A DNA stretch of 64,000 nucleotides from Scyliorhinus canicula (Eukaryota). Where the stretch lies: positions 91,767,030 through 91,831,029 of the forward strand of contig NC_052154.1 in NCBI RefSeq assembly GCF_902713615.1. The letters are read 5' to 3'. Shown here piece by piece: positions 11,996-24,726 of the stretch; within the stretch, counting starts at the first letter, position 1; the number at the start of each line of letters is the position of its first letter. Under the pieces are notes generated by a model that saw only the letters and a program-made list of their open reading frames with translations, had not been told where the DNA came from and did not search any database. Position numbers and translations under genes: made by a program.

Positions 11996-13605
11996 AACCC
12001 ATAAATGGGAGAAGGATCCATAGAAAAGCGGGTCATGCAGGCCAATTTCTCTACTGAATGTGGACGCCAAACAGCTGGCTAAGATACTAGCCACAAGGAT
12101 AGAGGATTGTGTTCTGGCGGGTGATAGGCCAAGACCAGACAGTATTTGTAAAGGGCAGGCAACTCAAGGCCAATGTTCGCAGGCTTTAAAATTTTATTAT
12201 TTTGCCCTCAGAAAGAGGGGAGATGGGGGTGGTGGTAGCGATGGATGCAGAGAAGGGTTTTGATCAGATGGAGTGGGGTTACCTTTGAAAGGTGCTGGTA
12301 AGGTTTGGGGTTGGTGAGAGCTTCATTGACTGGGTGTGGTTGCTCTATCAGGCACCAGTAGCGCGTGTATGTATGAACCTGCTGAGGTTTGGCTATTTTA
12401 AAGTACACCGAGGGATGAGGCAAGGGTCTGCCTCTCCCCGCTACTGTTTGCTCTGGCCATAGAGCCATTGGCCATGGCGTTAAGAGCCTCTAGTAACTGG
12501 AAAAGGCTGGATCGTGGGGGGGTGGGGGGGGGGGGGGGGGTGATGGGGGGTAGCACCGTGTCTCGCTTTACACAGATGACCTGCTCTTGTATATTTCAGA
12601 CCCGTTGGAGGGGATGGGGGAAGTTATGCGGATCCTCAGGGAATTTGGTAATTTTTCAGGGTATTAATTGACATGGGGAAAGCGAGATGTTTGTGATACA
12701 GGCAAGATGGCAGGAGAAGAGACTGGGAGAGCTGCTGTTTAGGATGGTAGGAAGGAGCTTTTGATATCTGGGAATCCAGGTGGCCCAGGATTGGGGGGAA
12801 CTGCACAAGTTAAACCTATCCGGCTCGTAGAACAAATGAAAGAAAACTTTAAGAGATAGAACATGCTCCCGCTATCACTGATGGGGAGGGTACAGACAGA
12901 AAATGACGGTCTTGCTCAGTTTTCTGTTTGTGTTTCAGTGCCTCCGCATCGTCATCCCGAGGGCCTTTTTCAAGCTGGTGAATAATGTTATTTTGGGTTT
13001 GTGTGGGTGGGTAAAATGCGCAAGTGAAGAAAGTGTTGCTGGACCGTAGTCGGGCGGGGGGTTGGGGGGGGGGAGGGGGGAGAGGGGAGGGGGAGGAGAG
13101 TGGGTTGGCGCTGTGGAACGTTTGGAATTACTACTTGGTGGCTAATATAGTCATGATTATGAAGTGGGTAGTGGGGGTGCAGTCGGTCTGGGATGGATGG
13201 AGGCAGCGTCATGTAAAGACACAAGTTTGGGAGCACTTGTAATGGCGCATCGTCCGTTCTCGCTGGCCCGATACTCCACAAGTCCGGTGGTGGTGGCGGC
13301 TCTCAGAATCTGCGGGCTGTGAGGAGATATAAGAGAGTGGGGGGAGCATCGGTTTGGACCCCCATTGATAATAACCATCAGTTTGTACCGGGTAGGGTGG
13401 TAGTGGGTTCCTGATATGGCACAGGGCAGGGATTAGGAGGATGGGTGATCTATTTATAGACACGTGCGTCCCCACATTTTGTGGTTGGGGTGTGTGAAGA
13501 TTGTGATGGGGGTGGAAATGTTTATTGTACCATGTTTATGTCACTGTTATTGTTATTATAAAAACTTGCAAATACCCTAATAAAAATATTTTTTTGAAAA
13601 AGAAA

Positions 13606-14525
13606 GCCTTCATTACAAGGGTATTTGAGTACAACAGCAAGGATCACTTACTGTACCTGTACCAGGCCTTGGTGAATTCAAACCTGGAGTATTGACTGCC
13701 GTTTTGGTCTACTCATCTGAGAATTGATATATTTGCCATAGATGGAGTGCAACGAATGCTCCTCAGGCTGATTCTTGGGATGGAACGATTGTCCGATGAG
13801 GAGAGATAGGTTTGCCTGGCCTGTATTCACTGGGATTTGGAATAATTAGAGGGGACCTATGAGAGACATATGAAATTCTAACAGTTCTGGACAATCTCAG
13901 TGTAGGAATGTCGTTTCCTCTGCCAAAGGATGAAGAGCAAAGAGTCACTGTCACAGGACACACGGTCGGCTACTGAGAACATATATGCAGAGACATTTCT
14001 TCAATCAGAGCGGGGAACATATGGAATTCTTTACCAGATAAGTCTATGCAGAAAAGCCATTGAATATATTTAAGAAGGAATAATACAGTTCTCGAGGAGA
14101 GGTTGAATAAACTTGGTTTGTTCTCACTGGAACGAAGGAGGCTGAGGGGCGACCTGATAGAGATCTACAAAATTATGAGGGGCATAGACAGAGTGGATAG
14201 TCAGAGACTTTTTCCCAGGGTAGAGGGGTCGATTACTAGGGGACAGAGGTTGAAGTTGCGAGGGGCAAGGTTTAGAGGAGACGTATGAGGTAAGTGTTTA
14301 ACACAGAGGGTGCCTGGAACTCACTGCCGGATGAGATGGTGGAAGCAGGGACGATAGTGATGTTTAACGGGCATCTTGACAAGTACATGAATAGGATAGG
14401 AATAGAGGGATATGGACCACGGAAGTGTAGAAGATTTTAGTTTAGACGGGCAGCATGGTCTGCACAGGCTTGGATGGCCGAAGTGCCTGTTCGTGTGCTT
14501 TTCTTTGTTTTTTGTTATTTGACTC
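13606..14525 (+). mobile_element. Two adjacent CR1 3' fragments
   Basis: 13606-14040 degraded; 14085-14525 LFSLERRRLRGDLIEIYKIMRG followed by a 3' UTR. Confidence 0.75.
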
Positions 14526-14587
14526 CAAAGGTGACAAGCGTTATGAGGAGAGCATTGGAGTGTGCACCGGCTTGCTTAGATTTTACG

Positions 14588-15000
14588 TGTCTGGATTGGA
14601 TTGGATTGGATTTATTGTCACGTGTACCGAGGTGCAGTGGAAAGTATTGTTCTGCGTACCATCCAGACACATCGTTCCATACATGCAAAACCATGGGACA
14701 TTTATCAATACACAATGTAAATACATAGACACAGGCATCGGTTGAAGCACACAGGAGTGCAGTTCCACTCAGGAGAGAAGATGTGTGAAGAAATCAGTTC
14801 AGTCTATAAGAGGGTCATTCAGGAGTCTGGTAACAGAGGGGAAGAAGCTGTTTTTGAACCTTTTAGTGTGTGTTCTCAGACTTTTGGTTCCCGTGCCCGA
14901 TGGAAGAGGTTGTGAGAGAGAATAACCCGGGTGGGAGGGGTCTTTGATTATGCTGCCCGCTTTCCCAAGGCAGCGGCAGGTGTAGTCACAATCAATGCAT
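14588..15000 (-). mobile_element. Rex1/Babar- or L2-type LINE 3' end
   Basis: (GGATT)n tail on +; reverse complement matches the 3' end of the element at 22620-23200. Confidence 0.6.
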
Positions 15001-15506
15001 ATGCTGTACCAGATGTTGGTGCTTCTCTTTATTTGATCAGTTCAACGATCAGAGTGGCCACAGCAGAAATGGTGTGTGGAAACAAACTTATCGACATTGT
15101 GCTTTAGTGAATGGCACAACCAACTGAATTCCATAATCTGGTCACAAAATTAGCGTTGGTCTCCTCAATGTGGATGAAAAAGGTCTTCAACAGCAATTAG
15201 ATGTATTTTAAATAGGGGTAAATCCAGTTGAATCTCTTGTTCTGAGGAGGAATGTTTGGGACCTCCGATAGTGGGAAGATATGCGGGACAAAGGCTGGCA
15301 TTGCATCCCGCTTTGTTTGAAAACTAAAGTGTTTGGAAATGTGAGGGCGTGATTGTCGTGATTGATGAAATAATGCCGAATACATTTTGCCATTTTACCT
15401 CCCTAAGACCCACATCTGGTTTCTTGCATCACCAATGTCTCCATTTCCTTTAACCATCTTCCATTTTGTCCATTCATCTTTGCATTCTTCTAGACTATCA
15501 CACAGA

Positions 15507-15832
15507 CACGGTGGCACAGTGGTTAGCACTGTTGCTCCACAGCGCCTGGGACCCAGGTTTGATTCCTGGCTTGGGTCACTGTCAGTGTGGAGTCTGCACG
15601 TTCTCCCCGTGTCTGCGTGGGTTTCCTCCGGGTGCTCCAGTTTCCTCCCACAGTCCAAAGATGTGCAGGTTAGCCAGATTGGCCATGATAAATTGCCCTT
15701 AGTGACCAAAATGGTTAGGAGTGGTTATTGGGTTACCGGGATAGGTGGAAGTGAGGGCTTCAGTGGGTCGGTGCATACTCGATGGGCCGAATGGCCTCCT
15801 TCAGCACTGTATGTTCTATGTTCTATGTTCTA
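15507..15832 (+). mobile_element. HE1-like V-SINE
   Basis: Full head and core, (TGTTCTA)n tail. Confidence 0.9.
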
Positions 15833-16244
15833 ACACTGAGAACACAACAAAATTATTTTAACAGATGGAAAGATCTTTGAGATTTCATCTTGCAGTGAAA
15901 ATTTTAAATAATGTATGCATTTACCTCTGTTTAAGACATGTATAGATTTTTGGTTATGGAGGAATATGGGTATGGTGTGTGAAGGTGCAGTTGAGGGAAA
16001 ATATAATCGTGGATCTTGTTGAGTAGACTACCCCTGTTCACATTGTTGATGTTGCTGCGACAATGGGATGATCTGATAAAGGTTTGAAGTTTATTGGAAG
16101 GATTGGAAGGGTTGGCATGAAATAGGTATTGTTTTACGTGTGCGATATTAGAAATAAAGCACATAACATAAGATTGCCTTAATCTAATTAATCAGAAACA
16201 TCTTTACCCAGGGAAAATTCAGGTTGTGCAGTTCGCTCCCCTTG

Positions 16245-18925
16245 TGAATATTTTTTTAAATGATTTTATTGGCATTTTCAAAATTAATAAACAGTTACGT
16301 GCATTGTTGGCCGTGTTTATTCACTGTATCATACAGAAAGGTTTGTCTTGTCCTTCCCTTAATTTCCCCTATATACATTGTGCCGCCCTCTGTCTCGGCA
16401 TGTGGTCACCCACAACACCCCGTCCGCCCCTCCCTGCCCCCCTATCGGTGTCACCCCGGTCGGTTTTATTTTTTGGGGGGGTTGTTTCTCCCCATTCCAC
16501 TCCACTTCCTCCCCACTTTGTTTTCTTCCCCTGTCAACATTGGCTGTGTTTCCCCTGTGATTGTGTGTGTGTGTGTGTGGGCGGGGGGGGGGGGGGGGGA
16601 TTGTCCCCTCCCTCCCACGTTGTCCGTTTTGTGTCCCTCCAGCCTTTTCTCCTCTCCCCCACCTCAGGGTTTGCGCTTTCCTTTGGTTTCCCCCTTGTTT
16701 TTATTTTTTTAGTTTTCTTCTCCCTTTTCTTTCTAACTTTCCCGTTTCCACATCTTATTTGTCGTTGCTGGCCTTGAACAGGTTTTGGACTAGGTCAACA
16801 AAACTGCCTCCATCCGTTTGGGAAGCCTTCCGTCGACCCTCGATGGCATCTTCTCCAGGTGGAGAAATTCCGAGAGGTCAGCAAGTTTTGTGAAGGGTAG
16901 GTCATGCCTCACAAAACTTATTGAGTTTTTTGAGGAGGTGACCAAACAGGTGGATGAGGGTAAAGCGGTTGATGTGGTGTATATGGATTTCAGTAAGGCG
17001 TTTGATAAGGTTCCCCATGGTAGGCAATTGCAGAAAATACGGAAGTATGGGATTAAAGGTGATTTAGCAGTTTGGATCAGTAATTTGCGAGCTGAAAGAA
17101 GACAGAGGGTGGTGGTTGAAGGCAAATGTTCATACTGGAGTTCAGTTACTTGTGGTGTACCGCAAGGATCTGTTTTGGGGCCACTGCTGTTTGTCATTTT
17201 TATAAATTACCTGGAAGAGCGTGTAGAAGGATGGGTTAGTAAATTTGCAGATGACACGAAGGTCGGTGGAGTTGTGGATAGTGCTGAAGGATGTTATAGG
17301 TTACAGAGGGATATAGATAAGCTGCAGAGCTGGGCTGAGAGGTGGCAGATGGAGTTTAATGCGGAAAAGTGTGAGGTGGTTCACTTTGGAAGGAGTAACA
17401 GGAATGCAGAGTACTGGGCTAATGGCAGGATTCTTGGTAGTGTAGATGAACAGAGAGATCTCGGCATCCAGGTACATAAATCCCTGAAAGTTGCCACCCA
17501 GGTTAATAGGGCTGTTAAGAAGCCATATGGTGTGCTAGCCTTTATCAGTAGGGGGATTGAGTTTCGGAGCCACGAGGTCATGCTGCAGCTGTACAAAACT
17601 CTGGTGCGGCCGCTCCTGGAGTACTGGGTGCAGTTCTGGTCACCACATTATAGGAAGGATGTGGAAGCTTTGGAAAGGGTTCAGAGGAGGTTTACTAGGA
17701 TGTTGCCTGGTATGGAGGGAAGGTCTTACGAGGAAAGGCTCAGGGACTTGATGTTGTTTTCGTTAGAGAGGAGAAGGCTGAGAGGTGACTTAATAGAGAC
17801 ATATAACATAGTCAGAGGGTTAGATAGGGTGGACTGTGAGAGTCTTTTTCCTCGGATGGTGATGACCAACGCGAGGGGACATAGCTTTAATTGAGGGGTG
17901 GTAGATATAGGACGGATGCCAGAGGCAGTTTCTTTACTCAGAGAGTAGTAGGGGTGTGGAACGCCCTGCCTGCAACAGTAGTAGACTCGCCAAATTTAAG
18001 GGAATTTAAGTGGTCACTGGATAGACATATGGATGAAAATGGAATAGTTTAGGTCAGATAGGCATCAGATGGTTTCACGGGTCGGCGCAACATCGAGGGC
18101 CGAAGGGCCCATACTGAGCTGTAATGTTCTTAGTTCTAAGCCAGTCTGCAGCTGTGGGTGGTGCTGCTGATCGCCAACCTAGCTGGATTCTTCGGCGTGC
18201 GATCAGAGAAGCAAAAGCTGGGTCTTTGGCCCTCTTCCTCATGTGTAACTCTGGCTGTTCTGAAACCCGAAGATTGCCACGTTAAAGCATAGCTTCACCC
18301 TCACTCCCATCACCTTGGACATTGCCGCAGAGAAGACTGTCCAGAACCCAGCAAGTTTGGGATATGCCCAGAACATGTGGGTGTGGTTTCCCTGCCCCTC
18401 TAGCACAGTTCGCATTTGTCCTCCATCTCAGGGAAGAACTTGCTCATTCGGGTTCTGGTCAGGTGTGCTCTGTGCACCACTTTGAACTGCATGAAGCTAA
18501 GCCTTGTGCTGGAGGAGGTGAATTTGGCGATGCTCAGTGTCTCGCTCCAGAGTCCCACCCCACTTCTGTCCCCAGTTCGTCCCCCCATGTCCATCTGGTC
18601 TCATCCAGTGGTGTTCGGGCTCTGTCCAGTAGCTGTCCATACAATTTCCCACAGAGTCCCCCTTCTTTACTGTCTCTATTTATCACATCCTCTAATTGTG
18701 TAGTCTCTGGGGTTCCGGGCCACCCAACAGTCTCTCTGCGGAAGATGTGCTTTATTTGCAGGTGGCGCATTTCCGGTCATGTCGGCAGTTCCCACTCCTC
18801 CATCAGTTTGTCCAGTGTCGCCAGTCTCTGCCCTACTTAAAAGTCCCTAGTTGTCAGTGTTCCACCATCTTGTCTCCAGTTCCTGAAAGTAGCGTCTAGC
18901 ATGGCTGTGGGGAATTTGGGATTGC
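16245..18925 (-). mobile_element. L1/Tx1 3' portion split by a CR1 insertion
   Basis: Poly-T plus tttatt 3' end near 16250; L1 sequence stops at ...gagaggtcagc (~16882) and resumes at ccagtctgcagc (~18140); C-terminal LSFMQFKVVHRAHLT...CELC motif in 18400..18594(-). Confidence 0.75.
16885..18139 (+). mobile_element. Young 5'-truncated CR1 LINE
   Basis: ORF 16818..17894 with FVKGRSCLT, SKFADDTK and FWSPHY; highly similar by eye to 35826-37092. Confidence 0.93.
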
Positions 18926-18938
18926 CGCAGATGGGAGT

Positions 18939-19533
18939 TGTTATATTACATTGTGTAATATCTTATTACTCATTTGCTTTCTGCCAACATGATCATACAG
19001 TCGAGGTTCATTGACACTCGAAGTCTTCAAATAAAGCAAATACTGTTTATTGAGTAACGATAATAATTTAACTGTGAATTCGTTCTCTCTTCAACAACTA
19101 AACTATAGATTAAATTAACAAGACTAAATATATATCAACTATGATTAACGACACCTGCACACCATGCTATCTCTCTTTACCTCTGGTCACTGTTTAGCTG
19201 TTTAGGGGCTGTTTAGTACACTGGGCTAAATCGCTGGCTTTGAACGTAACCAAGGCAGGCCAGCAGCACGGTTCGACTCCTGTTACAGCCTCCCCGAACA
19301 GGCGCCGGAATGTGGTGACTAGGGGCTTTTCACAGTAACTTCATTGAAGCCTACTCGTGACAATAAGTGATTTTCATTTTAATTTCATTTAATTTCACTC
19401 CAAAGATGAACAGCGGTTACTCTCCTTGACTTTATCTTTTAAATCCATCTCTAGTGCTGCCATCTCGTCGTTATCTAGCTGCTACTTCTGTATATTAACC
19501 CTTTATATAGACACCGATATGTAGATCACGACA
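18939..19533 (-). mobile_element. Solo LTR (Gypsy-like) containing a SINE at 19201-19396
   Basis: TGT...ACA termini; flanks GGAGT and GGAGA (5-bp TSD with one mismatch); tatataaag and aataaa on the minus strand. Confidence 0.55.
19201..19396 (+). mobile_element. tRNA-derived SINE (non-HE1 family)
   Basis: ggggctgtttagtacactgggctaaatcgctggc...ttttcattttaatttcatt. Confidence 0.85.
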
Positions 19534-20226
19534 GGAGACACGGGGGAGATCCTAATCAGCCTGAATTGCTGTCTTAATCGGGCCCACATTTTCAATGAGG
19601 CAACTAACACTGGGCTTGATGTATATTTTGCCGAGGGAGGATGATAGTGCTGCTATAGCCAAGGCCCAGAGGGTCGTCCCTTTGCAGAAGGCCATCTCCA
19701 TCTGTACCCACTCTGAGTTGGTGTCTTTGATTATGCTGCCTTCTTTCCAAAGGCAGCGGGAGGTGTAGACAGAATCAATGGATAGCATGTATGATAACCA
19801 GGTGTGCTGTACCAGATGTTTATGCTTACATTTATTTGATCGATGCAACGGTCAGAGTGGCCAAAGCAGAAATCGTGTGTGGAAACAAATTTACAGACAT
19901 CGTGCTTTTTTGGTTGACATTAGCAACTGAACAACAGTAATTTCGTCACAAAATTAGTGTTGGCCTCCCGAATGTGGATGAAGCAGAGTCTTCAGCAGTA
20001 ATTAGATGTATGTTAAATTGGGGGTAAAACCAGGTCAATCTCTTGTTCTGAGGAGGGAATGCGAGGGTATGATTGTCGTTATTGATGAAATAATGATGCA
20101 TATATTTTGGCATTTTACCTCCCCGAGACCCCCATCTTGTTTCCTGTATCACCAATGTCTCTATTGCCTTGAACCATCATCCATTTCGTCCATTAATCTT
20201 TCCATTCTTATAGCCTATCACACATG

Positions 20227-20500
20227 CACGGTAGCACAGTGGTTAGCACTGGTCCTTCACAGCGCCAGGGACCCAGGTTTTATTCCCAGCATGGGTCACT
20301 GTGCTGTGTGGAGTCTGCTCCGGTGCCCTCCGGATGCTCCAATTTCCTCCCCCAAGTCCTGGAATATGTGTTTATTCGGTGAATTGGACATTTTGAATTC
20401 TCCCTCAGTGTACCCGAGCAGGTGCTGTAGTGTGGCAGCAAGGGGATTTTCACAGTCACTTCATTGTAGTGTTAATGGAAGTCCACTTGTAACACTGTTT
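20227..20500 (+). mobile_element. Diverged SINE with HE1-like head and ttttcacagt-type tail
   Basis: cacggtagcacagtggttagcac head; gggattttcacagtcacttcattgtagtgttaatg tail. Confidence 0.65.
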
Positions 20501-20864
20501 AAAATTATTAGATTCCTCATTGTTCTTTCTCACTGATGCACTTGCCCCCCTTTTTACTTTCTTGCACTGTTAGCAGTCGAAATTTACTTTAGTTCTGATC
20601 ACAGTTCATCGAATTACTTCATGATTGTGTTACTCTACTTACAGTTCCGTACACTACTGCTGCAATTTTTTGAACTTTTTTCAGTAATATTATTGGTTTC
20701 AAATGCATTCTGAAATTGGATTAAAATTCCTTAAATTTCTTTGCGGGATTTGAACTCTACTCTCCAGATAATTATTTCAGGCCTCTACAATTTCAGTTTC
20801 AACATTATAACCACGATGTTACCAAACCCTTAATTTACGAAATAGGTGAGGATACTGTAGTCAG

Positions 20865-21270
20865 GTTACAATCAACATGTTGGGGCTTACCATTGACACG
20901 AAATTGAACTGTAATAGCGATATTGATGTGATGGCTGCCACTATGTGACTTCACCTTATGTAACTGTATATCGTGAGGTTCCTTGTCAAAAGCTTTACTG
21001 AAGTCCATGTACACAACATCCACTGTCTTCCATCATCTATAATCTTTGCCACTTCCTCGAAAAACTCGATCAAATTAGTGAGGCATGATCTCCCCTTCCC
21101 AAAAACATCGCTGTCTGTCACTAATAAGTCCATTGATTTCCAAATGTGAGTAAATACTGTCTCTAAGAATCTTTTCCAATAATTTCCCTTCCACTGACTT
21201 AAGACTCACCTGCCTATAATTTCCTGGATGATCCTTGCTGCCCTTCTTAAACAATGTCATATACTCGTCT
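20865..21270 (-). mobile_element. CR1 RT fragment
   Basis: GKGRSCLTNLIEFFEEV and DVVYMDFSKAFDK in ORFs 20951..21133 and 20835..21023. Confidence 0.8.
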
Positions 21271-21274
21271 ATGG

Positions 21275-22600
21275 TCTGCGATATTTTCTCGCAGAATGCC
21301 TCGTCGGCCATGAGGGCCATGTCTAACCTTCATGGGGGGGGGGGGGGCAGTGGGCACAGACTGTCTCGAAAGTCACATCCACTAATGTGGAGCATGGTAG
21401 GAAATTACAATCGCAGAATATTCCACTCCCACTATCCCTGGAAGCACAGATTTCCCTACTACAAGGAAGTCGGTCCTTGTATACATTGTGAATGTGGGAA
21501 TTAATTCTGCTCTGCGTGGGTGAACCGCCATGGTTCCTCTGCATTCATCTGCTCCATGAAAAACCGAGTTCTTTCGCCATATTGGAGGACTTCCCCGTTT
21601 TGGGGTTCGATCTTTCTGTCGGTTGGTCATGTACAGAGTTAGAGCCACTCTCCCCCTCAACATAAGTCCGTTAATCTCTACGTCCGGGGGTTTCCATCAT
21701 GGTCTTATTTATGAACCCACAGATACATGAACTTACTACCCCACGCAGCTCTACCCTCTCCCTCAGCTCCTCCAGACTGGCGAACCCTTCCTCCAAATAA
21801 AGACCCTTCACCTTGATTAGACCCAATTCCCTCCATCTCCTGTGTAAACTATCCAACCACCCGGTTGAAACACATGATTCTGATAGGGCAGCGTTAACAA
21901 AGTCACCCCTTCCACATTAGAGTGCCTATCAGCTGATTCCATATCTTTACTGAAGACTGCACCACGGTCTCCCTGCTCGGGGTCATTGGCAACGCTGCCA
22001 TCACTGTTGCCCGGAAACTGGGCCCCTTACAAGATTCCTCCGACATCCTAACTCACTCTACCCCTTTTCCTCCCCACCATCGCAGCATCTTATCCACATT
22101 TTCTGCCCAATAATAATGAAGTGGATTCAGCAACGCCAACCCTTTCTGCTGCCTCTGCCTCTGTACCAGGATCCTTCGTACTCTCGGCACCTTCCCCACC
22201 CATACAAAGTCTGCAAAGAACGTGCCAATTTGCGAAAAACTGCCTTTGGTATAAAGATCGAGGGAAACTGAAAAATATTCATTTTCACTACTTTGACCCT
22301 CCCATCAACGTCAACTGCAGTGTATCCCACCTTCTGACACCCCCTTGGGTTCCTCCACCAGCTTCTTGAAGTTCCACTTATGGATCTCCCTCAATTCCCT
22401 CGCTTCCCGAACCCCCAAATACCGAAACCTATCCGTTGCTACTGTAAATGGCTAAATTACCTCGCTGTCCCAGCTCATTCACCGGGAAAACCTCACTTTT
22501 CCCTACATTCGGTTTGTACCCAAGAACTCTCCAAACCTTTCCAGCAGCCTCATAATCCTTCCCATACTCTCCAGCGGATCAGAAACAGCAACACTGGCCC
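21275..22600 (-). mobile_element. Degraded L1/Tx1 endonuclease-region fragment
   Basis: ALMADEAFCEKISQTI (21075..21320) and DSLHRRWRELGL (21671..21856) resemble L1 ORF2; similar to the L1 at 9200-9770. Confidence 0.55.
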
Positions 22601-22619
22601 ACCTACATCGACGCTACTA

Positions 22620-23200
22620 CCAAGAAAACACTGCAGCCTATACATTCTCAGGAATCTAAGGCAATTCGACATGTCCACATTGGCTCTCACTAAATTTTAC
22701 AGACGCACTCCAGAAAGCATCCCATCTGGCGTCATCACAGAATGAAACTACAGAGAGTAGTGAACACAGCTCAGTCCATCACGTGTACCCACCTCTCGTC
22801 CATTGGCTTTGTCTACACCTCCCGCTGCTTTGGGAAAGTGGACAGCACAATCAATGACCTTTCTTACTCGGGTTATTCTCTCTTCCAGCTTCTTCCACCG
22901 GGCAGAGATACAAAAGTCTGAGAACACGCATTAACTGATTCCAAAACAGCTGCTTCCCAGTTGTTGCATGACACCTGAATGACCCTCTTATGGACTCAAC
23001 TCATCTCTCCATGCATCTTCTCTACTGAGTAGTATAGGCACTCTGTATACTTCACCCGATCATTGTCTTTTTAATGACATTGTGTATCTACCGTATGTTG
23101 TATGTTTTATTCATGTGTGGAACAATGTGTCTGGACTGTATGCAGGACAATACTTTTCACCTCACATCGGGACAAATGACAATAAACCAAATCCAAATCA
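22620..23200 (+). mobile_element. Rex1/Babar- or L2-type LINE 3' fragment
   Basis: LYILRNLRQFDMSTLALTKFYRRTPESIPSGVIT at the end of ORF 22380..22745; aataaaccaaatccaaatc tail. Confidence 0.65.
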
Positions 23201-23454
23201 AATTTTGAACTCAGTAACAATCTTTGCTGAGTGTACGAACATACAAGCTGATCCACGACTGTCATGGAAGGAAGCGCATCCACCATTCCTACCTGGTCTG
23301 GCGTCGACATGACTCCAGACCTACAACAATATGGTTAACAACTAAGTACCCTGCAATATCCCTAGTAAGCCATTCATTTCAGAGCAATTAACCATGGACA
23401 ATAAAATGCAGGCCCAGGGAATGATGTCCAGATCCAATGAACTCATTCATAAAC

Positions 23455-23777
23455 ATAGAACAGTACAGCACAGAACAGGCCCTTCGGCCCTCGATGTTGT
23501 GCCGAGCAATGATCACCCTACTTAAACCCACATAACCTGTATACCCGTAACCCAACAATCCCCCCATTAACCTTACACTACGGGCAATTTAGCATGGCCA
23601 ATCCACCTAACCCGCACATCTTTGGACTGTGGGAGGAAACCGGAGCACCCGGAGGAAACCCACGCACACACGGGGAGGACGTGCAGACTCCACACAGACA
23701 GTGACCCAGCCGGGAATCGAACCTGGGACCCTGTAGCTGTGAAGCATTGATGCTAACCACCATGCTACCGTGAGGCC
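23455..23777 (-). mobile_element. HE1-like V-SINE
   Basis: Full-length reverse complement with (CATAGAA) tail. Confidence 0.9.
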
Positions 23778-23796
23778 CAACGTGAAGGATTGGTTA

Positions 23797-24356
23797 TGTT
23801 GTATTTTATATTTTCCCCGCGTCTTGACTGTGATAGAGAAAATCAAACAGCATTCATTAGGTAAGCAAAACTGAACTTTATTCACTAATTAGAACTGACT
23901 GCTAGCAGTATGGCTGAGATTTGAAGTCGGAAAGCAGTCAATTACAAACTGCTGAGTCCGTCCCAAGTCTGCGATATTACAGGAAAAGAAGGCGATTCTT
24001 ATACATTATAGGATCAAGATAACATGAATACAGCTTGGTCAGGAATTTGATTGAAAGTAAAACATAAGTAATAATCGTTACAATGGCGTCACCTTGCTGA
24101 CCTTTAGGGGAATGGAGTTTCATATCATTATCTTGTCTTTGTTTTAAGAACTGGACAAACTTGTTTACATACAGGAAGAGACAGTTGTTCAGCTTGTTAT
24201 TTATTGAGGCTGCTTCTAAGTTCAAGCCTTATCTAGACTCTCAGGACATGCTGTCTATGTGTATTCTGAATCTGTGTCTTAGGTTAAATTCAATTGTACC
24301 AAGAAGACTTGACTAGTTTTCCCATCATGCCATTATTTGCTTCACACAATACCACA
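23797..24356 (-). mobile_element. 3' LTR of a retrovirus-like element (560 bp)
   Basis: Minus strand: polypurine tract AAAAGGGGGAG (24357-24367) directly before TGTGG; ends CAACA at 23797; AATAAA at 23877-23882. Confidence 0.75.
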
Positions 24357-24387
24357 CTCCCCCCTTTTGTCATATCATTACAACTAG

Positions 24388-24726
24388 CTAAATAGGTATA
24401 TCCATGATTCGTTTGAAAATGCATTTACACAAGCAGGCAAGCAATCCTATCCCTAGTAGCATCAGTAGCAGTAGAAAAAAGGCCTTAAAGATCCAATCAA
24501 ATAATCCATGACCCAACCACCCTAGCCATCCCGGCGGGTTATAGTCGTGAAATTCACTGTCAATTTCTTGAATTTGAGCAGCCTGTTTCTTAATATGGTC
24601 GGCCAGGTTAGTGATATTTTCAGAGCCATCTGGAATGTAAGTACAGCACTCTTGGCCTATGATAGCGCACGTTCCTCCCTGTGAGGCTAACAGATAATCC
24701 AAAGGCAGTCGATTTTGTAATGCCAC
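24388..24726 (-). pseudogene. env: Gamma-type retroviral envelope TM subunit, C-terminal fragment
   Basis: LQNRLPLDYLLASQGGTC immunosuppressive domain, CAIIGQECC (CX6CC), membrane anchor FFLLLLMLLGIGLLACLC; stop codon ~20 nt before the PPT and LTR. Confidence 0.9.

Larger units (their letters stand above)
7655..13605 (+). mobile_element. Decayed L1/Tx1-clade LINE (ORF1, ORF2 remnants, poly-A end) carrying nested HE1 and CR1 insertions
   Basis: ORF1 coiled coil with LEDLESRLRRQNLRIICLPEGSEG (7898..8521); endonuclease remnants at 9170-9770; RT remnants at 12060-12900 (DAKQLAKILATR, GxRQGxxLSPLLF); aataaaaat..A-rich end near 13580. Confidence 0.8.

Noticed and set aside
16226-16893. Long hydrophobic, low-complexity ORFs (183, 150 and 110 aa)
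   Set aside because: Antisense reading of the pyrimidine-rich L1 3' UTR with poly-G and (TG)n tracts.
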